Position numbers and translations under genes: made by a program
NCBI GenBank assembly: GCA_965112735.1
Contig: OZ218954.1
Location: forward strand, 1,922,001-1,986,000
Direction of reading: 5' to 3'
Length of the DNA: 64,000 bases
Source: Phaeosaccion multiseriatum
Lineage: Eukaryota; Protista; Ochrophyta, other classes
In this document: positions 1 through 14,487 of the stretch, one piece after another
How positions within the stretch are numbered: the first letter of the stretch is position 1
Layout of the letters: each line of letters opens with the position of its first letter
The notes under the pieces: model-generated
What the model saw: the letters and a program-made list of their open reading frames with translations, nothing else
Database searches by the model: none
Told to the model about the DNA's origin: nothing

Positions 1-250
1 AAGCAGGTCAGTCAGTCGGTCAGACAGACAGGCGGTCAGTCAGTCAGGTAGTCAGTCGGTCAGTCAGTTAGACAAATCGATTAGGTCAGTCAATCGGTCA
101 GACGTCAGACAGACTGTCGGTCGGTCAGTTAGAGGGTCAGTCAGAAGTAAGGCAGACAGTCTTTTGATCAATCAATCCCGTCAGTCATTCAGTCAGTCAA
201 TCAGTCAGTCAGTCAGTCAGTCAGTCAGTCAGTCAGTCAGTCAGTCGGAC
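1..250. repeat. (TCAG)n microsatellite, intronic
   Basis: Degenerate to perfect agtc/tcag tandem. Confidence 0.9.
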
Positions 251-448
251 AGTGGAAGGACGCACATGAATCTCACTTGTTTGCCTTTTCTATGTACTGA
301 TAGGGGCGAGCGGCGGTGGTAGGAAGGCGACTTTTCTAACGCATGTCTCCTCCACGCCCCTCCCTCTTTCTTTTCTATGGCATCTCTCTCTCTCCCTGTG
401 CGCGCGTGTGTGTGCCTGCTTCTGCGCCCACGCAGCAGCAGTGGTCAG

Positions 449-3400
449 GTGGTGCAGTCCATCATGCATGAGCTCGAGCTGCTCTTGCCCTACGTCATTG
501 ATGACTTTGACACTGACGAGATGCAGGAGTTCTCCCACATGTCGTTGGGACTGCAGCTGCTGGCCTGCCCCCTGCTCAACGCCAGGATCAAGGGCATCAC
601 CATGATTAACGATGTTGTGGACATGGTCCAGAGAGCAGACACCAGCAAGAAGGGTGGCGGGATGGGAACGGGTAGGTGGGGGGGAGGGGGAATCGGAAAC
701 GGTTACTCGTCGTCTTCGTATGGAACGGCCTTCTCAAAGGGAAGTACGGGCGGGAGCTGGTATAGCTCACGGAGAGCAGGATACAGGAAGAAGAACGACT
801 CAAAGTTTGGCTCGTCTCACGGCCCCAGGTGGGTGACGAGGCCCATACTCTTGCAGTGGCTGGAGGAGGAGGGAGTCGTGGATCTGGTGCTGGGCAGCGT
901 GACCGAGGGCGATAAGAAGAAGCTCCAGCAGCAGGGCACTGGCGCTGACGCCGGCGCTGGCAGCGAAGGAAACGAGAGGGAAGGAGAGGCACTAGCAGTG
1001 GCAGCGGCAGCAACAGGCAGCGGCGGCGGCAGCGGTGGTGGTGGTGGTGGTGGTGGTGGTGGTGGTGGTGGAGGAGGAGGAGGTGGAGGGGGCGTGGAGA
1101 CGACAGCTCATGTCGAGGTCTTGCGACGCGCTCAAAGCCTGCTTTGCTTCGTGGCAGAGAGCGCCGCTGCGAACAACGCTGACTGTGAGCGCGTGGGCTA
1201 CAAGGGCCTGTCAGAGAGGCATCTGGAGCAACTGTGGGCCGCCACGGAAGGCCAGCCAGAAGCGCAAGTACGCATGGTGTATCAGTTGCTGCAAACGGTG
1301 AGTCAGTCCGAGGAGGGGTCGATTGGCCCTTCTGCTGTCCTCAGGGGCCGACGCGCCGCCGCCCATTGTGTCTCCTCTGCATAAGCCTGATGATAGCACC
1401 TGTGTGCTGTGTGGCTGGCTGTGATCCCAACGCTCAACAAGCAAAACACATCCCCTCTCCCTCTCCCAGGCGAGCGTACATTTGAGCAAAAGCGGCCTGG
1501 ATGTGCTGTATCGGCGAATCCGGAGCATTCCGTGCAGCCAGTACGAGGAGCACCACATCGAGCTCATCAAGGCCTTCGCGCAGAGCTGCTATAGCGCGCC
1601 GGCCTCCTCAGGTAAAGCTTGTGTTGGCATGTCTGCGCTATGTGATTTGCCTGCTTGATAGCCCCACAAAACCCGCGCCCTTTTTATTAAGAGTTTTTCG
1701 GCGGAGCGCCATCACTTGCTCCTCCCCTGTATCTTCTCTTACCCTTCTGTCTCTCATCCCCAGATGAGGACACGCGATCGATCTTCGGCTATGGCCTGGA
1801 GCTGTTGTGGGATGCGATTCAGGATGGGGCACCGGTGACACCTCACATTACCGATATCTCTTCCAAGGCTCTGGCGGAGCTCCTCAGTGGACAAGACACC
1901 GTCCCGTCCCCCTCTTCCTCCCTCTTTCCATCCTCCTCCTCTTCCTCTTCCTCGCAAGGGTTGCCCCAGGCCAAGCCTCACTTCAAAGAGCAGCTTATCT
2001 TCCTAATGGACATGTGCTTAGATAACCTCCGCAAGGGCAGCAGCGTCCAGGAGAACTTGAAACTGCTGCAGCGCCTGGGAGAGGCCCAGCCGGACGCGCG
2101 ATCGTCTTCCTCCGACATCAGCAAGGACCGCCTTCTCATGAACATGGACAGGGAGGGTGGGGTGATACAGCTTGTGGTGGGAGAGCTGCTACAAGGCCTG
2201 CCACGCGATCAGACGGCAGTCGGCGATTCAGCGGCAGCAGCAGCAGCAGCAGGAGGAGGAGGAGGAGGAGACTTGGACGAGCGCGTGCGGTCGATGGAAA
2301 CGGAAACGACGCCTCGTTCTCCAGAACAGGCTGCTGACGTAGTAGCGGGGACTCTTCCCGCTGTAGGAAGTGCTGTGGGGCGAGGACGAAAGAAGGACGG
2401 CATTGACGATGAAGGCATCGTCACGCGCTTGGGCTTCCTGTCCTTTGTGGTGCAAAACTCGCCGTCCGAGCTGCCCTTCGCCACGATACACCAGCTCTGG
2501 GAGGGCTTCTTGGGAGGAGGAGAGGCGGGGGGGGGGGAGCAGCACTCAGAGGTGGTGGGTTCAGCAGCAACGGGCGGAGTGGTGCCTCACGAGCATCAGG
2601 AGACATTTTTCGAGTGGCTGGGGAGTGTGGTGCCGGATAGTGGTGGTAGCGGCGGGGTAGGCAAGGCCCAGGGGTATGCAAGCATGAGCGAGGCGACTCT
2701 CCTGCGAGTGTTTCAGGTGCGTGGCAGGGGGTATGGAGAGGGAGGAGGGGGGCTGAAGGGGGGGAGGGGTGGAGAGGGAAGGACCGTGCGGGGCGGTGCA
2801 TCCGCGGAGAAGAGCTCCTCGACCTTCACGCAAATGCCAATGAAAAAGATCTTCACGCAAATGCCAATGAAAAAGATCTTCACGCGAATGCTAACGAAAA
2901 AGATCTTCACGCGAATGCTAACGAAAAAGATCTTCACGCAAATGCCAATGAAAAAGATCTTCACGCGAATGCTAACGAAAAAGCATCCCACTACAGATCG
3001 ACCCCCTCATTCTCCATTCGTCCCTCCTCGCCATTTGTGACGCTCTTCCACCCCCTGCTGAACCCCTCTCGGCCTCTTGTCCCGCAGGAGCTCTTGTGCC
3101 AGGCACTCGAATACCGCGGGCTGGGCCATCAGGGCTACCGCTGCCTGGAGACGTACTTCATGGCGGTGAACTCTCGCAGAGGCGCCATTAGCAACGTTTC
3201 TACTGTGCACCACTTCAAGGTAGAGAGGGACATACATGTGGACGTTACGTCTGGACGTAGAATGGGCATTTTTTGTGTGTGCATGGATACAAAACAATTA
3301 CACCGAACTTCGCCCCCCCCCCCACACACACAACACACACACACACACAAATACATACTCTTCGGTTGATTACCCATAAGTTACAGCGTGCCCCCCACCC

Positions 3401-5538
3401 TCACAAATACATACTCTTCGGTTGATTCCCATAAGTTACAGCGTGCCCCCCACCCTCACAAATACATTCTCTTCGGTTGATTCCCATAAGTTATAGCGTG
3501 CCCCCCACCCTCACAAATACATACTCTTCGGTTGATTCCCATAAGTTATCGCGTGCCCCCCACCCTCCTCAAACAGGTGGATCGCTTCGAAGAGCTCTTG
3601 GGGCTGGACACGCTCTGGGGAGTTTGCTTGCACACGGCGGACACGGGTGTGTCGTCCGCCGCCGCGCTGTTCTTCATCCAGCTGCACATGCGGGTGACAA
3701 AGAAACGGACCGTGTGGGTAAGCTTCATCCATCGGTGCATGCAAGTCATCCACCTGCGCTATGGGGCGGTGGGGCACACGGCAGGAGCGGCGGAAGGCAG
3801 ACGACGAGGTCGACGGCGGCAAAGAGGAGCGGAGGAGCAAGGAGGGGAGAGGACGGGGAAGGAGCAAGAGGAGCAAGAGGATCCAGAGGAAGAGGAGAGT
3901 CTACGGCGAAAGATCGCTGGGGTAGCGGCGATGAGAGTGTGCGAGCGAGTAGTATGTCTCCTTCGCGGCTTCCTGGGCTCAGTCGAGCGGCCGACTCTGT
4001 CCCACAGCAGCAGCACGGGCGGAGGGGGGGGAGGGTGGGAGTCTGGTGGTGGAGGCTGGAGCAGCGTAGCTGCGGGGGGGAAGGCGCTCACGATGGGAGA
4101 GAACCACGTCAGCGTGTACCTGACGCGAGGGGAGGGCATGGTGTGGCAGCGCAAGACGCTCACCCTGTCCTACGTCTTCAAGAAGGGCGCCGTCTCGGTG
4201 GGCGAGCTGAGGGGGAGAATTGCGAAACAACTCGGTAAGTACATATAAGCGCGTGCGTTTCCGAGCAAAGGGTGTGGTGTGTGTTTTGAACATGTACCGC
4301 GCATCGTGGATGCCCTCCGCCAGAGCTGTACACGGGTTTTGCACACGCCTTTTTGGGGGGGAGGGAGAAGGCGAAGCACATGTCTTGAGCATTGCAGGAT
4401 TCTGAACAAGGTCCTTGAACTCTGACCCATGTGTCCAGGTGTGCCTCCCACGAGGATAAGACTGCAGCAGCAGTACGCAAAGCTGCCGCTGGTGTCCCCC
4501 GATTCCGACTCCCTTTCTCTGGAAAAGGTGAAGATGACTGGTGTCGCCAATGCCGTGCTACTGGACGAGCCACAAGAAGACACTCAAGGCTACCGAGCGG
4601 TGCCTTGGACCAAGACAGCGACGGGAGACCTCCGCAACTTTCCGCGGCAGCTGCTGAGCGGAAACCTTCGCCGTGCTCCTCGCAGTCCGGCGGCGGGGGT
4701 GGGGGCATGGGGGGAAAAGGCATGGGCAAGCAGCGGCCTGTCTCCGGACGGCAGAGGAGCCGACGAGAAGAAGGGGGGGGCGGAGAAGGAGGAGGAGGAG
4801 GAGGAGGAGGAGGAAGAGGAGGAGTTCGACTACTTTGGCCTCCTCTTCAGTATGCTCACTCAAACGGGCAGGGACCCATCCGGCAGTAGCCAGCAGGAGC
4901 AGCAGGAGCAACAGGACCTCGAAGGGAAGTTGGTGTCGGAGACGTGGGCGCTCTTGGAGAAGCTACCGGTGAATGAAGGCATAGAGCGAGAGCTCAAGAC
5001 TTTGGGAGGCGCGCTACCCACCCCAAGCAGCTGCAGCCCCTCCGAGAACGGCGACACAGGCATCCAGTGGGGCGCCACTGCTGTATCACCAACTGCTGCT
5101 CCTGTAACTGCTGATTGGGGCCTTCTTCTGAATGGGCAATGCACGCTGGGGCTCTTTTATCGGCTCCAAATCGTGTACGAGCTCGTGCGACCCTCATTTG
5201 AAGAGTTTGTTGTGGAGGACGAGAGGCTTGAGTCGCTTCAGTGGTGCGCCGGTTTTGTCGCCCTGGGGGGTGTACAGCACTTGCTTCGGCTGCTTCTGCT
5301 CTCGCCACAGCCTTCTATCGGAGACGGTGGCGGAGGTGGTATTGGCGAGGACAAAGCGGACTGTGGTGTGGCGTTTGACCTGTCGCTGTCCGTCCATCGA
5401 TCGTGCATGGCTGCTCTGATGAAGCTCATAACCCACTTCACCCTCTCGTCTCGGCCGGCGGAAGAGGAGCCCCTCCAGATCGGCGGACTACACGTGGAGG
5501 GAGACGACGAGAGCAAGGGTCAGGATCAGGATCAGGAT

Positions 5539-5573
<35 letters not shown>

Positions 5574-5865
5574 AGAGGATGGTAGGGTTGTTAGGGGAAG
5601 CAGCGACGACGCCCCCGACCCCCCCACGGCAGCGGAGGGCGAAGGAGGAGGATTGGTAGCGGAGGCGCCTCCTTCTCCTTCCCCTTCGTCTTCCTCGGGG
5701 TCCTCTTGCCCGCCCCCTTTATCTGCAGACGGTTCTGAAGGCTCTGAAGGGCCTCTCTCGCAGGTTGTGTGTCGTGTGCAGCGTCTGGACGGTACTGACC
5801 TGCGGCAGCTGGTGGAGAGACTACTCGTCGTGCTACATGACGTGGCCACGATTGCAGGCAACGAC

Positions 5866-5900
<35 letters not shown>

Positions 5901-5910
5901 GACCGACTTG

Positions 5911-5949
<39 letters not shown>

Positions 5950-8900
5950 GGCAGCAGTGATGGCCAGGCGGACTTGTTGGCCTTCGCGGGCAGCACCAGC
6001 CCTCCACCCGACGCTGATGTTGTGCGTCACACCATGTCCCTCTTGGTGGCACTGACGCTGCACGACCACAGTCTCCTTGACCCGATCCTGACCTCTCCGG
6101 ACCTGTCGGCCAGTCTGCGCTACAGCATGCTGCAGACGCCGGAGTGCCTGGTGCGGAGGGAAGTGGCAGAGGGTCTGACCCGCATGTGCGAGCAGCTTCG
6201 AGCAGACACTGAGGTGAGGGAGGGAGGGACGGAGGGAAGGAAGAAGGGAGGGCCATCGCCATCCGAGGGTGAATAACTCGAGATATGTGTCTCCGTTGCT
6301 GGTGCTGAGCCCACGTGCTGACCCTGACCCTCGCCGCTTGTGTCTTTTGCGTTGTGTGCGCTTGTGTCTCTTGTTATGTGTGTGCACGCATCACAGGTCA
6401 GCCACCCGCAAGACCCTGTGGCGTTCTTCATGAGCGTCTTGCTGGAGGCGCTGCCCCTCGTGGGGAGGTTTGAGTCCTCCTCGGCCGAGTACCTTGCCCT
6501 CTTGTCGCGCCTGGCCGGGCTGGGCGGTGCTCTGGTCTCTGCTTCAGAGCAGAGCGGCTTGAGCTCCAAGCTTGCGGAGATGATTGTAAACAGGCCCGTC
6601 AGGGAGGGGAGTGACGAGGAGCAGGACGAAGTGCTGGGAGGCTACCTGCAGCTGTGCGAGGTGGTCATCCGCGGACTCGATGCGTCTGTGGAAGAAGAGC
6701 TCAAGGCGGCTCTGGGGGAGCAGCTGCTGGACGAGCTGCTTCATCACTGCTTGTTCTACCAAAAGGTAACAAGAGAAGCGGGGGGGGGGGGGGGATGGCT
6801 GCAGGAGGGGTGGGATGGGGGGAGCTAGCGCTCAGCTATGCTACATGGACCCATAATCAACACCTACTGCTTCGAAGCAGATTCTCTCTCTCTCTCTCTC
6901 TGTAGGGCTTCACAGAATTACCCCGTCTGACACCCTCTGCAACCCGCAACCCATCTGCCCGCACCCACCTTCTCCTGATAGCGAAACGCGCAGCTCCAGC
7001 AGCCGGTGCCGCTGAATGTGGCCCACAGCTTAGGCAGGGACGGCAAGGGGCTCGTCCCCCCCCCCCGGTGCAAGCACCAGACTACACGAGCACTGGCCTT
7101 TGCTCTCCTAGCGGAGCTCACGCACGGCTGCCCCGCCAACCTCGCGCGGACCGTGGCGGTGCTGCACACGCACCATCACCTGCACAGCACGGCGGAGGAG
7201 AGGCAAAGGCTGCGGAGGGGCAGGCCTCGGGCGGCGAGGAAGGGACTTGTCACGGGTGCTCTGAAGGTGTGTGTGCGCAGAGCCTGGTTGGTTCAGCTGC
7301 AGCCCCCACCTACTGAATGACCAACGAGTACGAACACTGTCTGTGATTTCCCCCCTCTTTCCTTTGTGAGCAGGGTTCAAGCAAGAAGGGGGCCACGACC
7401 TTTCCGTTGACGCACTATGGGCAAAGCGCTCTCGTCAGGCATAAGAGTGGGTATGTGGGCCTGAAGAACCTCGGCTGTATCTGCTACATGAACAGCACCC
7501 TGCAGCAGCTGTTTATGGTGGGCAAGTTCAGGGAAGGGGTGCTGTCCTTCCAAGAGGACGAGGGGGAGGGTCACAGCGAGGAGGAGAGGGGTGACGCGGC
7601 AGGAGAGGAAGATGACGTGGACAGGGAGAGCAGGAGGGCGAGCTCGCTCATGTGGCAGCTGCAGAATCTGTTTGCGCACTTGCAGGAGTCGGAGAGGGCG
7701 TTTTTCGACACTAAAGGTTTCTGTGGCGCTCTACGAGACTGGGGGGGAGAGCCTATTGACACCATGGTGCAGCATGACGCCAGTGAGTTCATCTCCATGT
7801 TCTTCCAGCAAGTTGAGGCGCGAGTCATGGGCACGAGGAAGGAGGACATTATCAAGGAATCCTTCGGGGGCGTGCTGAGCAGCGAACTCCTGGCAGAAGA
7901 GACCACCGAGGAGGAGGCAGAGGAGGGAGGCGGAGGAAAAGGGGGTGGTGGCAACGGGACTGGTGCTGGGGAGGGGGGCGAGTATCAGCGGTACTCGGAG
8001 AGCCTTCAGCCGTTCTCGTACATAAGCCTCGAGATGAAGAACAAGGGCAGCTTGTACGAGGCCCTGGACAGCTACATTGAGGGCGACATGGTGGACTACA
8101 CTTGGGAGAAGAAGGATAAGGAGACTGGGGAGGTGGTGAAAACGTCGCTGCCCACCCTCAAGCGGCTGTCAGTCAAGACGCCCCCGCAGCACCTCATTCT
8201 CCATCTGCAGAGATTCGAGTTCGACTTTGAGCGGATGGAGCAAGTCAAGATAAACGACCGCTTCGAGTTTCCCTCCGATCTAGATCTGTATCCGTACACC
8301 AAAGATGGCAGAGGAAGCAGCAGCAGCAGCAGCAGCCGCGGTGGCGGCGGCGGCGGCGGAGAGTCGGGGGCTGCGCTGACGCAGACTGAAGAGATGAAGG
8401 CGCTTGAGGGTGGGGATGAAGGTGCGGGCGACGGTGAGGGGGGCGACGTGTTGACAAGGGACCAGTGTCGTTACCAGCTGGCGGGCGTTGTGGTGCACAT
8501 GGGAACGGCAAACAGCGGACACTATTATTCCTTCATCCGGGAGAGGTGCGGGGAGAAGAAGTGGTACGAGTTTAACGATACCATGGTCACAGAGTTCAAC
8601 CCTGACGACCTGGGGGTCGAGTGTTTCGGGGGCGGCAGCAGCGACAAGAGAATGGCCACGTCCTCGCGTAACAGGAACGCCTTTATGCTCTTCTATGACC
8701 GCGTGACGCCCAGCCATAGTCCGTCCAAGACTGGCCAGGGGGCGGCGGAGGAGACGCACAGGGCAAGCATTCCCGGAGAGATTATGGGGGCGCTCGCCAA
8801 GGAGAATGCCGAGCTCTGGAGGGAAAAGTATGTGCTGGAACCTTTGTACTATGACTTCATGGAGCAGGTGCTGATGAGGGGTGGTGGTGGTGATGGTGGT

Positions 8901-11093
8901 GGTGAGGGAGAGAGTTACGGCAAAGAGATGGTAGAGAGAGGGCCATCAGCAGAGGGGGAGGAGGGTGGAAGAGGAAGAGGTTCAGGAGTGAGTATTGAAG
9001 CCATTAAGTTGGCTGCAAGCTTCACTCTGGGGTCTCTCGCGCAAGCGAAGGAGAAGGACCACATTTCTGGGTGGTGCCGATGGCTGGGGGCAGTGTTGGA
9101 GGGAGACGCCACGGCGGCTGAGTGGTTGCTCCAGGAGCTGCTGGAGAATCCGGCCACGCTCGAGAACTTGGTGCTATTGGGTGTGGATGACCCAATTGCT
9201 AGAGTGGAGATTGGCTCTGTGCTTGGGAGGGCTGTCAAGGGGAGCGTGCGCGGCGGGAGGAGGTGCACCAGCAGCAGCAACAGTGGGGAGCCAGGAACAG
9301 GAACTGGTGAGGCGGGCAGCCAGGGACCTGGCGCACTTGATGGTGATCCCCCTGCTGTGCCTGCAGTCTTGTCTTCGCATAGCACCGTGCATGCTCCTCC
9401 ACCACCACCACCACCAGCAACACGTATTGGCGGGCCCGAGGAAGAGTCTGTGGGAGACTGTTCGACGGAAGACTCTGCTGGTCTGCAGCTGGTGACTGCT
9501 CTCCTGGCGCTCCTCCCCAGTGCGCACGCCGAGCGGCAGTGCCTGGGGCACTTCTTCATCCCCGTGCGAGCTTTCTGCGAGAGCGGGGGAGGAGAGACCC
9601 TGTTGAAGCGCGGCTATTTGCGACCGTTGCTCCACTTTTTCCTGCAGAGCGGCGAATTTGCGCCGCCGCCATCACGCAACCGCGACCGGATCGGCCATTA
9701 CCCATACAGCAGTACTAGTGGCAGCGTTGAGCAGCCGTCAGACAACGAGGCCTTGTTGGCGGTGATCTGCAGCCTCTCCCTGGCCCTCTTACGCAGAGCT
9801 CAGGCGCAGCGCCCCGAGAACCAAGGCGGAGAGGGACTGGGCGAGGGAGGCGAGGGAGGCGAGGGAGGCGAGGGGCCAGCAGCAGCAGCACCAGCAATAG
9901 AAGCAGCGGAGAGAGAAGAGACTGACAGCCAAAGGTCACTGGCAATGCTCAGTGGACCCGCCTTCCTCGGCAAGCTGGTGTCGCAGGGGAAGGGCGAGGC
10001 CGAGGGGTCTCATTGGGCCCTTCTGCTGTCTGGTCTATGCTGTGACAAGAAGGCCGCCACGAAACATTGTCTGGACGCAATTGTCGAGGGCATTGAGGTG
10101 AGGGTGACTATCGCTCAATGGAGGCCAAAATTTTCTCTTTTCCTTTTATGCACCCACCCCCTCTTACGCTCCTCTCCCTCCCTTCCTCCCTCCCTCCTTC
10201 CCTCCCTCCCTCCCTCCTTCCCTCCCTCCCTCCCTCCCTCCCTCCCTCCCTCCCTCCCTCCCTCTCTCCGTCTCTTATCTCTCTTAACCTTTTGTCTTTC
10301 TCTCGCGCCCCCTCCCTCTCATTCTCTCCCTCTCCCTGTCTCTCTCCTTCGCCCTCTCTCTCTCTCTCTCACTCTCTAGGAGTCTGACTCGTTAGTACCT
10401 CCTCAGCAGTACTTCCAATCCCTCATGATCCTCCTGGCTATCCGAGACAGCCTCACTACCTGGCGGGTGGACTTGTGCCTCTCAGCCGTGCTCGGGGCAA
10501 TGGAGGGCCAGAGCAAGGGCAAGAACAAGCACCTCAGCGCCACGCAGGAAAGCCTTGAACTACTGTTCCACGCAGCCGATGCCTCGGAACAAGTGTCAAG
10601 CTGGCTGACCACGCACACAGACCGTTGCGAGTGGATTCTTCGGTGGCTGGAAGAAGCCAACAAGAAAGGGAAGTTGGGGGTTGGCGGGGCGAGGTTGAGG
10701 GAGGGGGGGGTGACCGCAGGGAGCGTGAGGAAGACGGGCAGCAGTGGTGGAGCAGCTCGTGTCGCTAAGGTGAGAAGGGAAGGGAAAAGGGAACGAGCAT
10801 GCCTGCAGGCGGTACATGGCAGTGTGGGACCGGTATTCAATGTGAGGTGTTTCGTAGGAGCACCTGCCCCTGCTCTGCTCTGCCCTGCCCTTGCTTGCTT
10901 GCAGGGCTCTGAAGTCTTTCTTCCCCTCTCCTCTGTCTCGCCCTCCACCCCCTCCCCTCCCCTCCCCCCCGCATCCCCTTCACGGCCGTTGGAGCAGCTG
11001 GAGAATGCGGTCAAGTCAGAGGCGCCACTCAAGGGCCTTTACTCGATGCTGGCGGGTGGGACTGAGAGCGCTGAGCCGATGAAGGAAGATTGA
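449..11093 (+). CDS. Large ubiquitin C-terminal hydrolase, USP9X/USP24/USP34-like (peptidase C19); multi-exon, 5' part lies upstream of the window
   Basis: The catalytic domain is in the large exon at ~7374-10097. It has a Cys box GYVGLKNLGCICYMNSTLQQLF, QHDASEF, LILHLQRFEFD...KINDRFEFP, and a His box YQLAGVVVHMGTANSGHYYSFI...WYEFND...NAFMLFYDR. Upstream helical-repeat exons are joined by GT-AG introns (approx. 449-1297, 1470-1611, 1764-2716, 3088-3219, 3577-4233, 4439-6213, 6396-6764, 6981-7266). The exact 3' end is uncertain (11093; further small exons to ~11481 are possible). Confidence 0.9.
2824..2983. repeat. 27-bp minisatellite x~6, two unit variants, in a USP intron
   Basis: Units cttcacgcaaatgccaatgaaaaagat and cttcacgcgaatgctaacgaaaaagat. 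Confidence 0.95.
3346..3567. repeat. 55-bp minisatellite x4 abutting a 3' splice site
   Basis: Unit cacaaatacatactcttcggttgattcccataagttacagcgtgccccccaccct. Confidence 0.95.
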
Positions 11094-11721
11094 AGATAGG
11101 TTTCCTCTCCTGTCAGTCGTCGGTCCTGCCGCCTTTGTAAAGAGGGAGCTGACAGCTTTCGGGCGAAGGAGTGGCGCAGAATCGATCGAGCGGGGGAACT
11201 GTGAGCACTGGCTGATGGTGTGTGTGATGGGGCCAAAGCACTCGCTCTCACCAGTACGATGCTCCACTCCTCCTTCCTTCCCCTCCCCCGGGGCGACCCG
11301 TGACTATCTGACTGGGCTGACCGCGAGGTGGATGGTGAGCACGGAGGTGGCGTGTGCGGTGCAGGGTCGTGTGCAGAGACGGGGCAGGCAGCTCTTGTCG
11401 TGTGAGAGCAAATCTGTAGCAAGCCTGCAGGAGAGATACAATAGACAAATAGACGATTACTCTTCGCTCCCTGTGGACTAGTCAGACTAGTTGTCGAGTC
11501 CTCGACCCCTGACGTGCTACCGACCACATTACATTCTCGATACAACTAGCACGCCGGCTGAACTAACACCTGATGGCAGATGGATCATCGAGGATCAGAT
11601 GGCACGGGGCGGGCATCCTGAAACTCCACTTCTCGCCCCTCAAGGCTTTCTGGCCTGGCGCCCAAAAGAAAGAGAGCAGAGCTCTTGCTCAGGAGAATTA
11701 CAACGGAGTACGCCCAGCGCC

Positions 11722-13152
11722 ATGCTGCTTCGTCTACTGCTGCTGCTCCAGCTGGTCTGTTGCGCGATGTTGGCCGCTGTGCTGACTCGTAATAGCAGCA
11801 GGGTTAATGCCTTTCAGGGTGTCATGCGTGGCGTGGCAAGAAGCCAGGGACGGAGCAGTAGTAGGAGCAGCAGTAGTAGTAGGAAAGGTGTCTCGAGGGC
11901 TCTCTGGCCCTCATGGGTAGTGTCTCCGTCGGTAGATCTACCACGGTCAGGACCTTCAACGAGCGGCAGAGCTTGTGGCGTCACTCGGGCGATGACTTCA
12001 GCTTCTATGGAAGAAGCAGCATCATCTGCTCCGACAGCGGCGCCCACTGAAGCTGTAACAGGAGGGGCGAGAGTGAAGAGGACCAAGGTGCGTACCTGCT
12101 GCTACTGATTGCAAAGCACCCTTGAGTACGTCCTGTTGTGTCTTTCTTTACCCTCCTCTTCTGGCTCTCACTGCATCCGACTGCTTCTACTCCACTAACC
12201 GGCGCCAGGTTAAGGCTATCATGGGCGGAGCGGATGAATTGCTAGGGCAGGAGGTGGTGGTCAAAGGCTGGGTGAGGACGAAGCGTGACCAGAAGGCCTT
12301 CGCCTTTCTGGAGGTGAACGATGGGTCCTGCATGAAGGGGCTGCAGGCGGTGTGCGATAGCGGTATCGACAGCTTCTCAGAGGTGGGTGGCCGCTGAGAT
12401 GTGTGCATATGGAGTCTTTCCTCTTCCTCGTACTTGCTGCTGCTGTTGTTGTTGTTGCTGCTGCTGCTGCTACTGCTACTGCTGTAGTCATCCCATGCTC
12501 GACATTCGAGACCAACGCATTTCTCTAAAATCGCGCTCCGATTTTATCTATTTTTTTTCTCAGTCGCTCTCTCTCTCTCTCTTTCTCTCCCTCTCTCTCC
12601 CTCTTGTATGACTCGGCTGGCCTCGACAACACCAGCTTGATAGAATTACTACGGGAGCTTCTGTCGCGGTCACAGGGACGATTGTGGAAAGCCCTGGGAA
12701 GGGTCAAAAGTTTGAGGCAAGTGTTGAGGCAGGCAGCATCAGTGCCGCACTTTTTTCCAGCGCGGGATGGGATGACTCCCCATTCCCCAATCGCCGTGCC
12801 GATATGCTTGTTTGTCTCCCAACATGGAGCCGAGAAGGGGCCCGGACAACCGTGCCATCCCACAATGAGAGAGTCGTGTATTTGCTGCGCACCACACTCA
12901 CCCTCTGCCCGCTGTGTCCCCTCGGCCTTCACCCCGTTACCCTGAGCATACACTATGCTATGCGACCCTGAGCCTCCCTCTCACGCCCTTGGCCCTTGGT
13001 GTGTGTCCTCCCTCTCTCTGCCTCGCTCCCGCTCGGGGGGCCCGCTCATTCTCCTCTCCCTGCGTCTCCTTCTCCCCTTCCGCAGCTCAAGGCCTCACAC
13101 GTTGAAGTGTTGGGGGAATGTCCCTCTGACTACCCTCTCCAGAAGAAGGTAC

Positions 13153-13236
<84 letters not shown>

Positions 13237-14293
13237 GTCTGTCTGTCTGCCTGCCTGTCTATCTGTCTATCCATCTGTCTACCTGCCTGCCTGTCTGTCT
13301 ATCTGTCTGTCGGTCTGTCCGTTTCGACTCTCTCCAATTGTGTTTGACTCTCCTCCTGTCGCTGCATGCATGACCCCTCCCCCCCCTTTTATACTATTAA
13401 CGACCCCTGCCCCTTGACACCCCTCTGCCATCCGCCCCTGCCTCTCTCCTCCTCACCCCTGCCCCTGTTCTGCCCATACCCCTCCCGTTCATATCCTATC
13501 CTACCATACCCTACTCCCACATAACCCCCCCCCCCCCAGCGCCATTCGCAAGAGTTCCTGCGTGGCATTGCCCACCTTCGACCCCGTACCAACACCATCG
13601 CCGCCGTCGCCAGAGTTCGCTCGGCCCTGGCCTATGCAACACACGACTTCTTTCAGGGCGAAGGTGAGCAGAGGCAGGGAAGGCAGGGGGAGGAGAGGCA
13701 GAGGCGCGGTCTTTGTGTTTTCTCTGGAAGAACCTTCCATCTGGAAGGGAAAAGGGGAAGGGGAAGGGTGGGACAGGAGGGGAAGGAATAGGAGGAGTCT
13801 TGCGAAAGAAGAGGGGGAAGGGAAAGGGTGGGACAGGAGGGGAAGGAATGGGAGGAGTCTTGCGAAAGAAGGAGAGCGGTCAGTGCACCTGGCCCTGTTG
13901 TATATTCTGTAACGGTCAATGCACCTGGCCCTGTTGTATATTCTGTAACGGTCAGTGCACCTGGCCCTGTTGTATATTCTGTAACGGTCAATGCACCTGG
14001 CCCTGTTGTATATTCTATAACGGTCAGTGCACCTGGCCCTGTTGTATATTCTGTTGCGTTGTGTCCTGGTCTGGCTTGCTCCTGTTGTTACTGTTGCGTT
14101 GCTCAAAGGGGTAACTCCCCTCTGTCACCGCTCATTCACAACCGTTGGCTGTACACTGTGCACGTCAGCGTCGAGCGAAGATGCTTTGCGCATTGGCCGC
14201 AGCAGACAAGCCATCGAGCACTGCGCGTCTCCCTCTTTTTGTCTCCTGTCCCTTGACTGTGCACAGGCGCCTCTTCACTGCCCGTCGCACCCA

Positions 14294-14336
<43 letters not shown>

Positions 14337-14387
14337 GTTCTGATGCCGACAGCTCGTTCCCCACGTTCCTCTTCCCATTCTTCTCTG

Positions 14388-14445
<58 letters not shown>

Positions 14446-14446
14446 G

Positions 14447-14487
<41 letters not shown>

